The notes under the pieces were generated by a model. It did not search any database. It saw only the letters and a program-made list of their open reading frames with translations, and was not told the DNA's origin. A stretch of DNA of 48,566 bases from Nitrospiraceae bacterium. GTDB lineage: Bacteria; Nitrospirota; Thermodesulfovibrionia; UBA6902. Positions 1-7,885 of the stretch are shown one piece after another (position 1 is the first letter of the stretch; each line of letters starts with the position of its first letter). Made by a program: the position numbers and the translations under genes. Location of the stretch: positions 2,165,488 to 2,214,053 of the forward strand of contig CP070788.1 in NCBI GenBank assembly GCA_020346765.1, in the 5' to 3' direction.

Positions 1-209
1 TTGATCTGGTCCTGGGTCATGTGGTGCTGGCCGCCCCGTTTCCCGGCGTAGATGAACTCGGCGTCGTGATTAATATAGTTCAGGATCTGGGCATTGAGGT
101 GAAAATCGTAGACCACGACTTGAGCTCGCTGAAGACATTTCAGGCCCTTTACCGTGAACAGTCCGATATCGCCCGGTCCTGCGCCGACGATGTACACTTT
201 GCCTGGCAT
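1..209 (-). CDS. cobA: Uroporphyrinogen-III C-methyltransferase (SUMT), N-terminal part only; the 3' end lies outside the window
   Basis: The minus-strand translation from the ATG at 209-207 reads [69 protein letters not shown]. This carries the GAGPGD and AGKRGG signatures of tetrapyrrole methylases. The ORF is open to the window edge, so it is missing from the ORF track. Confidence 0.8.
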   Translation of the reverse strand, partial: MPGKVYIVGAGPGDIGLFTVKGLKCLQRAQVVVYDFHLNAQILNYINHDAEFIYAGKRGGQHHMTQDQI

Positions 210-300
210 TGGTTTTTTGATGCGGGGAACTGCCCTTTCCGAAAATACCTGCGCCCATAATGATACCACAATGAGGGAGGCTTAATACAGGAAGGACAGG

Positions 301-1029
301 TCAGGCCCCGGCCCTGATGAGCCTGATCTCCACCCGCCTGTTCTGGGCCCGCTCGTCGGGGGTGTTGTTCGGAACTGTCGGCCGCTGGTCTCCATACCCG
401 CTTACGGAAAAGCGGGACGGGTCGAGAGAACGCTCCTGGATAAAGTAGGCGAGGACACTCGTTGCCCGTGCAACGGAAAGTTCCCAGTTCGACGGATAGA
501 GGGGGGTGTGAATGGGCACATTATCGGTATGCCCGATGATATCCACCTGTACCCGGGGATGACCTTCGAGGACTGCGGCGATATGATCGAGCACGGGCAT
601 GAAACCGGGGAGCAGTTCCGCTTCACCGGGCATGAAGGTGATCCGTTCACCCACGGTGACAATGATCTCCCTGTCGGTGGATGAAACGGAAAGGTCTCTT
701 CCCAGATCGGGGCTGGTAAACCCCGAGGCGACTTCCTGTTCTATTTTTTTCTCTTCCGAAGGTGATTCAGTGGGGAACGGTTCCTGTACCGGCAGTGCGA
801 TCTCCTGCTCCTGGGGGACTGCTTCCTCACTGACATTGCCGGGGTTTTTCGTGAGCACAAAGAACATGATAAAAAAAACGAGCAGCAGTGAGAGGACATC
901 ACTGAAGGACACAAGCCAGTTGTTGTCATCATCCCCCGACTCCTCCGTTGCTGCAGCGAGCCCCCATCGGGGAGTCCACAGGTCTTTTCCGCAGCGGGAG
1001 CAGTCTGCCGTTGCTGGTGTTTCTTTCAT
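301..1029 (-). CDS. motB: MotB/OmpA-family stator protein (one TM helix plus a peptidoglycan-binding OmpA-like domain)
   Basis: There is an N-terminal TM helix (WLVSFSDVLSLLLVFFIMFFVL). The C-terminal OmpA-like motifs are GHTDNVP, NWELSVARA and NRRVEIRL. Its start directly abuts the motA stop (1030/1029). Confidence 0.8.
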   Translation of the reverse strand: MKETPATADCSRCGKDLWTPRWGLAAATEESGDDDNNWLVSFSDVLSLLLVFFIMFFVLTKNPGNVSEEAVPQEQEIALPVQEPFPTESPSEEKKIEQEVASGFTSPDLGRDLSVSSTDREIIVTVGERITFMPGEAELLPGFMPVLDHIAAVLEGHPRVQVDIIGHTDNVPIHTPLYPSNWELSVARATSVLAYFIQERSLDPSRFSVSGYGDQRPTVPNNTPDERAQNRRVEIRLIRAGA

Positions 1030-1854
1030 TCAGCTCTCGTTATTGACGGCGAACTCTGCCGCAAAGGCCGCGGGATGAACAGCGATCCTGCCTTCCTCAG
1101 GTGCTGAAGAGGCCCCATAGTGTTCCTGGCAGCCACGCAGCCGCTCCTCGATTTTCAGGGGATGTTCGCCGCGGTGAATCGCCAGTATCCCCTCGATCAC
1201 CGTGTTCATGAGGGCTTCTGATTCAATGGCCCTCTCTTTCAGCTTTGAACAGAGGGGCAGCATAATCAGGTTGGCGATGATCACGCCGTACAAGGTGGAC
1301 ATAAGCGCCACGGCCATCATGGGCGCCACGGCATCAAGGGACTCGAGATTCCTGAACATCCTGATCAGGCTGATGACCGTTCCCGCGAGCCCCAGAGAGG
1401 GGGTAATACGGGCCAGGGTCCTGAGCATGTTCTGGCTGTGACTCCTGGTGATCATTGCCAGCATCATCTCCCGATCCATGATGTTTCTGATTTCCTGTCC
1501 GCGGTAATCGCCGACGAGCAGCCTCACGCCAAGCTTCAGAAAGTCATTGTCCAGAGTCATCATCCGGTTTTCCATGGACCGAACGGTTGTCTTCATATGC
1601 ATTCTGCTAATCGCAATGATTTCATCGATGAGATCATCCTTGCCCGGCCTCCGCGTGTAGGCCCGCTTAATTTCGGAAACGGTCGTCTTTATTCTTTCAG
1701 GGGGGAATGCCGCAAAAAGGGCTATGGTCGCACCTCCCGCGACGATCAAAAAGGCGTCAATGTTGAAGATCATGGACAGGCCGATATCCCGGAATACTGC
1801 TGTGGCAAATAATACCACGCACATGGCGACAACTGCTCTGGCGACTATGTTCAT
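1030..1854 (-). CDS. motA: MotA/TolQ/ExbB-family proton-channel protein
   Basis: The 274-aa multi-TM protein has the C-terminal conserved core SLGLAGTVISLIRMF...ALMSTLYGVIIANLIMLP. It is paired with motB. An AGGAGGG SD lies 4 nt before the ATG. Confidence 0.8.
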   Translation of the reverse strand: MNIVARAVVAMCVVLFATAVFRDIGLSMIFNIDAFLIVAGGATIALFAAFPPERIKTTVSEIKRAYTRRPGKDDLIDEIIAISRMHMKTTVRSMENRMMTLDNDFLKLGVRLLVGDYRGQEIRNIMDREMMLAMITRSHSQNMLRTLARITPSLGLAGTVISLIRMFRNLESLDAVAPMMAVALMSTLYGVIIANLIMLPLCSKLKERAIESEALMNTVIEGILAIHRGEHPLKIEERLRGCQEHYGASSAPEEGRIAVHPAAFAAEFAVNNES

Positions 1855-1905
1855 CGTCCCTCCTGGTTTCCCGATATCCCCCGTGAGGGGTTCGGGCCAT
1901 GGATC

Positions 1906-1920
1906 GCAAGAACTGTGCCT
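1906..1920 (-). promoter_or_regulatory. Putative sigma-54 (-24/-12) promoter for motAB
   Basis: The minus strand reads aGGCAC-agttc-TTGCg, matching TGGCAC-N5-TTGC. It lies about 50 nt upstream of the motA ATG. Confidence 0.45.
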
Positions 1921-2160
1921 GTAAGGGGAAAGGATTTTTCCGGGCCCCCCTTTGCCGGAACATAAGGAAGTACAAGGAGATATAACTGAGGTAGTTCAAC
2001 GTCCACACATTCGCAGGGGGAAGATTTTTCCCGGGTGGCGCACTATTTTCCTTCGTGCACCAACCTGGTTGGCAGCTTTGTTCATGCTCACAAGGTGGAG
2101 CCCAACAGATTTGCTGCATCTCGAAAGGGAGACGAATGACGGTGCTGAGCACAGGGGGGA

Positions 2161-2219
2161 AAGAAAATAAAAAAAAAGAGAAAATGCGATGCTCTGATAA
2201 GGTTACCCTTAAGCTCATC
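2161..2219 (-). terminator. Putative intrinsic terminator downstream of the USP / IF-2-like operon
   Basis: On the minus strand there is an interrupted hairpin GAUG..UUAAGG-GUAA-CCUUAU..CAUC at 2219-2188. It is followed by a long U-rich tract (GCAUUUUCUCUUUUUUUUUAUUUUCUU). The stem is weak. Confidence 0.4.
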
Positions 2220-2390
2220 CTGGAGTGATATGGAGTTGTTCCTTTTCCTCTGCTCGTGAGAGGCTGGCCACTGGCCTCCAACTCCCGCTCCGAAGCCGGT
2301 TTGCCTGGCTGTCAGCTTAATCCGCTTCAGAGAATCGCACTTTCTTCTACTTCTATTATAACCTGTTTTTCCCCAGAATCAAACCCCCTC

Positions 2391-3149
2391 TCAGCTGACT
2401 CTGATGATTTTTCCGCCCGGCTTCCAGGGAGGGGCTGTTTTCACGGGAGACGGGCGGAAGCTCTCCACTAGGTCCCCTGTTTTTACCCGGCTGAAATCAC
2501 GTATTTTAATCCCCACCTGGTGGCCGGGAAGGGCCTTCTGCACGGCACTGGTTTCCCGGTGCATTGACTCTATTCTTCCCGTGTAGACCGGGCCCATTGC
2601 CGAGATAACGCGAAACCGGCTGCCAAGGGTCAGGGATCCCTCCGTCACTTCACAACCGATGATGATGCCCCTGCGGCTGCTCTTAAAAAGGGCGATCACC
2701 CGTGCGGTTCCCAGTATCTCTTCAGCGGGAGCAGAGGGAACAAGGCGTTCAGCCATATCCCTGATATCCGTGGTCAGGGTATAAATCACACGGTAGAGCC
2801 TCGCCTCGACCGCGTGCTCCCTGAGCTCCTGTTCTATGCCGGGCAGGACATCGACCTGAAACCCGGCAATCATCCTGCTTCCCGTTTCGGCAATCAGGAT
2901 ATCCGATTTGTTGATCGCGCCGATCCCGCTGTGTATGATGGCGATCTCCACACTGGCAGAGGGTAACTTTGCAATGCTCTCACTGACTGCCTCGAGGCTT
3001 CCCGAAGAATCACATTTGAGCACGAACTCCAGTTTCGGGGCTGCCTTCTGGGCAGCCGTTTCCACTCCGGACTTTTCCTGGAATTTTATCAGCTCACTGC
3101 CTCCCGGTGATTTTTTATGATGTGCCTTCCTGCTGTGGCCATGCATCAT
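2391..3149 (-). CDS. Stand-alone paralog of the C-terminal half of translation initiation factor IF-2 (C1 and C2 domains only; no GTPase domain)
   Basis: FVLKCDSSGSLEAVSESIAKL...IIHSGIGAINKSDILIAE..RMIAGFQV..AVEARLYRVIYTLTTDIRDMAERLVP...ARVIALFKSS..GIIIGCEVTEGSL..GSRF..GRIESMHRETSAVQKALPGHQVGIKI..VKTGDLVE is collinear with the IF-2 C-terminal pattern VKADVQGSxEA...IIHxGVGxITESD...IIGFNV...IRxYxIIYxLIDD...AGCxVxxG...LxRFKDDVxEVxxGxECGI..GDxIE. A basic N-terminus replaces the G domain. Confidence 0.7.
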   Translation of the reverse strand: MMHGHSRKAHHKKSPGGSELIKFQEKSGVETAAQKAAPKLEFVLKCDSSGSLEAVSESIAKLPSASVEIAIIHSGIGAINKSDILIAETGSRMIAGFQVDVLPGIEQELREHAVEARLYRVIYTLTTDIRDMAERLVPSAPAEEILGTARVIALFKSSRRGIIIGCEVTEGSLTLGSRFRVISAMGPVYTGRIESMHRETSAVQKALPGHQVGIKIRDFSRVKTGDLVESFRPSPVKTAPPWKPGGKIIRVS

Positions 3150-3167
3150 TGCTTTGATCCCCCTGGG

Positions 3168-4109
3168 TTATTCTGCCACCTGATTGCCTGTGTGAACGGC
3201 CATGGACAGGAACTCCTGCTCCTGCTCCTTTGGGGCCTTTCCGATCAGCACCGGGCACCGGGCATGACTGAGTATCCTTCTGGACACGCTGCCCATGGCC
3301 CCCCTGATGCCCTTCAATCCTCTTGATCCGGCGGCGACGATGTCTGCATGGAAGCGTTCAGCAGCGTTCAGGATCTCAGATGCAGGATCTCCCGTTACAA
3401 TGTGGTTTTCCAGGCGAGAAAATGAGCTGCCCACTATTTCACTGGACTGCTCAATAATATGGCGGGCCTTTTCATGCTCCATGGATCTGATCCACGCAAA
3501 GTCCTCACCGATTTTCTCATCAACACCCGGGGCAAACTTTTCCGGGATGCGGGAGTAGGCTGACCATGGCACCTGGACAATCATACACGCTGTGTCAGAG
3601 GGGAAGGGCAGGTGCGTCAACAGCCTGGCGGTAGCCTCTGCTGAGGGGGAGCCGTCTGTTGCCAGCAGGACTTTCATGGGCGGGGAAAGGCCCCACTGGG
3701 TCTGCCGGGTCACGAGGACTGGCACTGATGAGGTGATGGCAACGGACCGGGTAACACTTCCGAGGAAGAGGGACTTCATCCCTGTTATCCCCCGCGTGCC
3801 CATGACAATCAGGTCAAAGCCCTCGTTGACTGCCACATTCATGATCATGCTGTCAGGAGAACCTTCCTCCTCCCGCAGGGTGACCTTTGATACAAGTGTC
3901 TTCAGGATTTTTGCCGATGACTCGAGGATCCGGGGAGATACCCCTTTAAAAAAACGCTTGATGTTCGCGTAGGCATCGTCCTCATAGGGGACCTCGGTGA
4001 TGACATGGAGGACCGTGATTTCGTCCCGGGCAGAAAAGGGGAAGCGTGTAAGAAACAGCGCTGCCCGGTCTGCGCACTCCGAACCATCGGTTGCAAGGAG
4101 AATCTTCAT
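3168..4109 (-). CDS. Tandem universal stress protein (two UspA domains)
   Basis: Two repeats of the pattern MKxLLATDGS....G.RG..G......GSV....... are present (MKILLATDGSE and MKVLLATDGSP). A GAAGGAG SD lies upstream. Confidence 0.9.
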   Translation of the reverse strand: MKILLATDGSECADRAALFLTRFPFSARDEITVLHVITEVPYEDDAYANIKRFFKGVSPRILESSAKILKTLVSKVTLREEEGSPDSMIMNVAVNEGFDLIVMGTRGITGMKSLFLGSVTRSVAITSSVPVLVTRQTQWGLSPPMKVLLATDGSPSAEATARLLTHLPFPSDTACMIVQVPWSAYSRIPEKFAPGVDEKIGEDFAWIRSMEHEKARHIIEQSSEIVGSSFSRLENHIVTGDPASEILNAAERFHADIVAAGSRGLKGIRGAMGSVSRRILSHARCPVLIGKAPKEQEQEFLSMAVHTGNQVAE

Positions 4110-4249
4110 GCCCGCACTCCTTCTGATTAAATGGTATCACATACGGGGATGCTCAACAAGAGCGGGGCCACGCTTTCTGTCGGGCCCTGCCTGGTCGCTC
4201 TTTTGCGCTTCTGCGGCTTTGTGCTGAAAACTGACAGCTTCATACACCC

Positions 4250-4278
4250 TTGAAAATAAGCGGGCCCGCGGGTAATAT
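4250..4278 (+). promoter_or_regulatory. Putative sigma-70 promoter for the ferritin-like gene
   Basis: TTGAAA (4250-4255), a 17-nt spacer and TAATAT (4273-4278). The spacer contains the GC palindrome CGGGCCCG. Confidence 0.45.
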
Positions 4279-4319
4279 AGGTGAAAAAGTAAACCACCTC
4301 AGTATCACCTGATGACATT

Positions 4320-4790
4320 ATGGAACTACAGGGCGTGATCAATGGCTGCAGGGCGGTTGAGGAGGACGTTGCAACGGTCTATATGACATTCGCTGACCTG
4401 TTTCCCAATGAAAAGGCGTTCTGGCAAGACCTGTACACCGATGAACTGGAGCATTCATTCTGGATGTCAGAGGGCGGCCGGGCCGACGCAATAGAACTGC
4501 TGCCGTCGGAGAGCCTGCTGCCTTCGTTGGAATCCATTGTAAAAACACTGGAATTCGTGCGGGGCACATTCAGGCGCGTCAAATCCAGCGCCATCACGCT
4601 TGAAGAGGCCCTCCGTCTGGCCCTGCAGATTGAGGAATCAATGGTTGAAACGTTTACCAATGAACTGTCGGCAAATCTCTTTGCATCTAATTATCAATCT
4701 CTGAATGAGAGGATCATTGCTGCTGAAAAGCAGCACGTCAGAAAAATAGAGGACATGATGATCAGCAGGGGATTTCTGCTGATGTCCTGA
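4320..4790 (+). CDS. Hypothetical four-helix-bundle (ferritin/rubrerythrin-like) protein
   Basis: The ORF is 156 aa with helical heptad character and ExxH-type motifs (DELEHSFW, QIEESMVE). The family is not recognised with certainty. No clear SD is present. Confidence 0.5.
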   Translation: MELQGVINGCRAVEEDVATVYMTFADLFPNEKAFWQDLYTDELEHSFWMSEGGRADAIELLPSESLLPSLESIVKTLEFVRGTFRRVKSSAITLEEALRLALQIEESMVETFTNELSANLFASNYQSLNERIIAAEKQHVRKIEDMMISRGFLLMS

Positions 4791-4831
4791 AAGGCTTTTT
4801 TCCCCCTCGTTTTCGGAGTGTCGGGTAGCCA

Positions 4832-5713
4832 TCAGAGGGCTTTATACCATCTCGCCAGTTTTGAGCCGATCAGGTGAGGGTTATCCTCCTGAAGGTAGTG
4901 AATGCCCCTGCCAACATCTATGGTGCTAAGGTTTTTGAGGTTCTGTGTGCACCACGTAACCATGTCGGCACCGATGATCCCGCCGGGATGCGCATGGAAC
5001 AGCAGTTTCGGTAGTTCAGACTGCTGCAGGAGCCTGCTGTAATGCTCGACTAAAGCTGCAACGTCGGCCGGCTTCCCGCCAATGGGGATCTCATTAGGCC
5101 ATCGCCAGACAGGTTTGCGGTTTTTCATGGTTTTGAAGGGTTCCCGATAATGATCCATTTCCTCACCGCTTAAGGGACGGACAATCGCTTTGGGGAGGAT
5201 CTTCTCGACAAACATGTTCATGGCTATAATCATGAACCACCCGATGACAGGGGTCCTGAAAAGCCGGAACCCGATCCTGAATCCTGCCGGAAAGTCGGCC
5301 CATGCGGCGGTCTTCAGGATCGCCTCCATGAAGGCCATACCCTTGATGTTGTCTTCATGACCCATGGCGTAATAAAATCCCAGGGCAGAGCCCCAGTCGT
5401 GCAGGACAAGGGTTATGTTTTCTAAACCCAGTTTTCCAATGAAGGCATCGACATACTTTGCGTGGTCTACAAAGCGGTACGCAATATCAGGTTTGTCTGA
5501 CTTTCCCATGCCTATCAGGTCCATGGCTATGCAGCGGGCCTGTTCAGAGATGTGAGGAATGATGTTACGCCATATGTAGGAAGAGGTTGGATTGCCATGG
5601 AGGAACAGGACCGGGTCCCCTGCTCCTTCATCAATGTAGTGTATTTCGTGGCCATGGACGGTTACGTAGTGCGATTTAAATGGAAATTGTGAAGAAATAA
5701 CATGTGCGTCCAT
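4832..5713 (-). CDS. dhaA: Haloalkane dehalogenase (HLD-II, DhaA/LinB-like alpha/beta hydrolase)
   Basis: VLFLHGNPTSSYIWRNIIPH, the nucleophile elbow VLHDWGSALGF, and HYLQEDNP near the C-terminus are all classical DhaA/LinB/Renilla-luciferase family signatures. Confidence 0.9.
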   Translation of the reverse strand: MDAHVISSQFPFKSHYVTVHGHEIHYIDEGAGDPVLFLHGNPTSSYIWRNIIPHISEQARCIAMDLIGMGKSDKPDIAYRFVDHAKYVDAFIGKLGLENITLVLHDWGSALGFYYAMGHEDNIKGMAFMEAILKTAAWADFPAGFRIGFRLFRTPVIGWFMIIAMNMFVEKILPKAIVRPLSGEEMDHYREPFKTMKNRKPVWRWPNEIPIGGKPADVAALVEHYSRLLQQSELPKLLFHAHPGGIIGADMVTWCTQNLKNLSTIDVGRGIHYLQEDNPHLIGSKLARWYKAL

Positions 5714-5773
5714 TAGCTTCCTCTTACGGTTGTGGCCTGGGGGGTGTGATGTCGTGTCCCCCGGGAGCAGGGG

Positions 5774-6406
5774 TTAAAAGGCTTTTGCCATCTTCCGTGC
5801 CTCATCCTGCGCGGCTGCGATAATCTTCTTTTTATCTTCAGGGGTGGACATGAGCATGGGCTCGGCGACAATGGACCTGATGTCCCTGAAGCCGATGAAA
5901 CCGAGGACCTGTTCCATGTAGGTCTTCTGCAGATCAAGGCTCGCTGCCTCAGTGCCAGCCTTGTATGCCCCGCCCCGCGTGTACACGAGGGCAACGGGTT
6001 TCCCCGTCACCAGGCCCTTATAGCCTTCCTCAGGCGTAAAGCTGAATGTATAGCCCGGCTGAACAAGGATGTCCACGTAGTGCTTCAGCTTGTAGGGGAT
6101 GCCGAAGTTCCACATGGGCAGGGAGAAGAGATACTTGTCAGCCTTTTTGAAGTTGTCAATCAGTATCTCAACAGGCCTCCAGGCTCTGCTTTGCGCTTCA
6201 GATGGTTTTTCACCGTTGAGAATGGCATACTTGGCGTTAATCGTTTCGCCTGTGAAGGGCGGAAACTCGTTGGCCCACAGGTCGAGGATGTCAACGGAAT
6301 CACCCCTGTGGGATGCAAGGTATTCGTCCACAAAGGTCTGTGCAATCTGAATTGAAGCAGAACGGTCTTTTCTTGGTGACGATTCGATATAGAGCAGCGT
6401 TGCCAT
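5774..6406 (-). CDS. azoR: FMN-dependent NADH-azoreductase
   Basis: MATLLYIESSPRKDRSAS...PMWNFGIPYKLKHYVD matches the AzoR/AcpD family pattern. An AAAGGAGAAG SD lies upstream. Confidence 0.9.
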   Translation of the reverse strand: MATLLYIESSPRKDRSASIQIAQTFVDEYLASHRGDSVDILDLWANEFPPFTGETINAKYAILNGEKPSEAQSRAWRPVEILIDNFKKADKYLFSLPMWNFGIPYKLKHYVDILVQPGYTFSFTPEEGYKGLVTGKPVALVYTRGGAYKAGTEAASLDLQKTYMEQVLGFIGFRDIRSIVAEPMLMSTPEDKKKIIAAAQDEARKMAKAF

Positions 6407-6449
6407 GAGGACTTCTCCTTTCTTTTCTCGATAATTTCTTCACTCCTTC

Positions 6450-6490
6450 ATCATAGCACAGGTTTCGGGGCAGTCAATGACAAATGTCAT
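6450..6490 (-). promoter_or_regulatory. Putative sigma-70 promoter of azoR-dhaA with an abutting palindromic operator
   Basis: On the minus strand: TTGACT (6477-6472), a 16-nt spacer and TATGAT (6455-6450). A perfect palindrome ATGACA-NN-TGTCAT at 6477-6490 touches the -35 element. Confidence 0.5.
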
Positions 6491-6538
6491 AAAATTATTT
6501 TTGGTACGACAGAGGCTGAGAAGGAGGGAAAGAACATC

Positions 6539-6560
6539 AAGCCCGGTCGAATCCGGGCTT
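6539..6560 (-). terminator. GC-rich hairpin downstream of ihfB (possible terminator with a weak U tract)
   Basis: AAGCCCGG-loop-CCGGGCTT forms a perfect 8-bp stem 59 nt after the ihfB stop. The trailing sequence gauguucuuucc is only moderately U-rich. Confidence 0.3.
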
Positions 6561-6618
6561 TCATGGATTACGCATTAACTGAAGATCGTAATTTCGGGAG
6601 AATGAACGGTGTGATGGC

Positions 6619-6903
6619 CTACAAATTCCTGTTAACCATCTCCCTGAGTTCTTTACCGACCTTGAAGTAAGGGACTTTCTTGGGAGGTACGTCAACGGCT
6701 GCGCCGGTCTTGGGGTTTCTGGCCTTGCGGGCGTTTCTGTTTCTGAGCCTGAAATTGCCAAACCCCCGGATCTCGACTTTGCCGCCCTGAGCCAGGGCGT
6801 CCTTAATGCTTTCGAATATAGTCTCCACGATAACTTCCGTCTGTTTCTTGGAAAGACCTTCCAGCTTTTCGGAAATTCTCTCAATAAGAACTGATTTCGT
6901 CAT
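6619..6903 (-). CDS. ihfB: Integration host factor beta subunit / HU-family DNA-binding protein
   Basis: MTKSVLIERISEKL..LSKKQTEVIVETIFESIKDALAQGGKVEIRGFGNFRLRNRNARKARNPKTG..V.V is the canonical IHF-beta pattern. The position after rpsA and sppA is conserved. Confidence 0.85.
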   Translation of the reverse strand: MTKSVLIERISEKLEGLSKKQTEVIVETIFESIKDALAQGGKVEIRGFGNFRLRNRNARKARNPKTGAAVDVPPKKVPYFKVGKELREMVNRNL

Positions 6904-6966
6904 GTGTACCTCCTCTTATGGAAATTATATATGCCAGAACTGAAATGTCAATAAAAAAAAGCGTTA

Positions 6967-7815
6967 TCACAGCGTTAACAGGTATTTCACCTGAATGCCT
7001 GAAAGGGCATTGCCGATCAGGCGCTCAGGTATTTTCCCCTTGAGGAGGTCGAAAATGCTGAACTCCTTTTCCTTGGTCACAACCTCCGGTTCCCCCTTGA
7101 TGCCCGTCAGGGATCCCGCAAGCATAATTGCGTCCTGAAGGCTTCCCAACTCATCCACAAGGCCCAAATCCCTGGCCATCTTCCCTGTAAAGATCCGTCC
7201 GTCTGCCAGCTGTTTTACTTCGTTGAGACTGATGCCCCGTCCCTCGGAGACCGCCCTGATGAACTGATCATGCACATCGTCGAGGACATTCTGGAGAATC
7301 TCCTTTTCCTCGGGGCTCATGGTCCTGAATGCCGAGGCAATATCCTTGTGCCTTCCGCTTTTGACAACCTGGGTCTCCACCCCGATCTTTTCCATCAGGC
7401 CTGACATATTGGGAATTTCCATGATCACCCCTATTGAGCCTGTGAGCGTACCGGCGTTTGCCACGATCCTGTCTGCAGGGGCAGCGATGTAATAGCCGCC
7501 CGAGGCGGCCACGGCGCCCATGGAGACAACAACCTTTTTCTTTTCCTTGAGCTTCAGCACCTCCCCGTAAATCTCCTGGGAAGGAGCGACAGCGCCGCCG
7601 GGACTGTTTACCCGGATGACCACTGCCTTTACGGAACTGTCTTTGGCGTATTTCTTGATCTCGTCTATGATATCGGCAGAGTCAATGATGACTCCCGTGA
7701 CGTCTATGAGGGCGACCTTTTCCCCCAGGGGGACTTTCTTTGCAAAGGTCATCAAGATGCTGAGGAGGACGATGATCCCAAAAATAACGGCGAAAAATAT
7801 AAGTACCTTTTTCAT
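6967..7815 (-). CDS. sppA: Signal peptide peptidase SppA (36K type)
   Basis: An N-terminal TM helix is followed by VKAVVIRVNSPGG, MGAVAASGGYYIA and GSIGV motifs. Confidence 0.9.
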   Translation of the reverse strand: MKKVLIFFAVIFGIIVLLSILMTFAKKVPLGEKVALIDVTGVIIDSADIIDEIKKYAKDSSVKAVVIRVNSPGGAVAPSQEIYGEVLKLKEKKKVVVSMGAVAASGGYYIAAPADRIVANAGTLTGSIGVIMEIPNMSGLMEKIGVETQVVKSGRHKDIASAFRTMSPEEKEILQNVLDDVHDQFIRAVSEGRGISLNEVKQLADGRIFTGKMARDLGLVDELGSLQDAIMLAGSLTGIKGEPEVVTKEKEFSIFDLLKGKIPERLIGNALSGIQVKYLLTL

Positions 7816-7885
7816 TTCAGATGTCCTGATGCCCGGCGACTTTGATAAAGGAATGTGCCCCTGCGTAAGCCATTATCCTGCGGAC

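Noticed and set aside
1757-2281. 174-aa minus-strand ORF in the motA upstream region
   Set aside because: It overlaps the motA N-terminus and the terminator and promoter region. The composition is implausible and there is no SD. The region is better explained as regulatory DNA.
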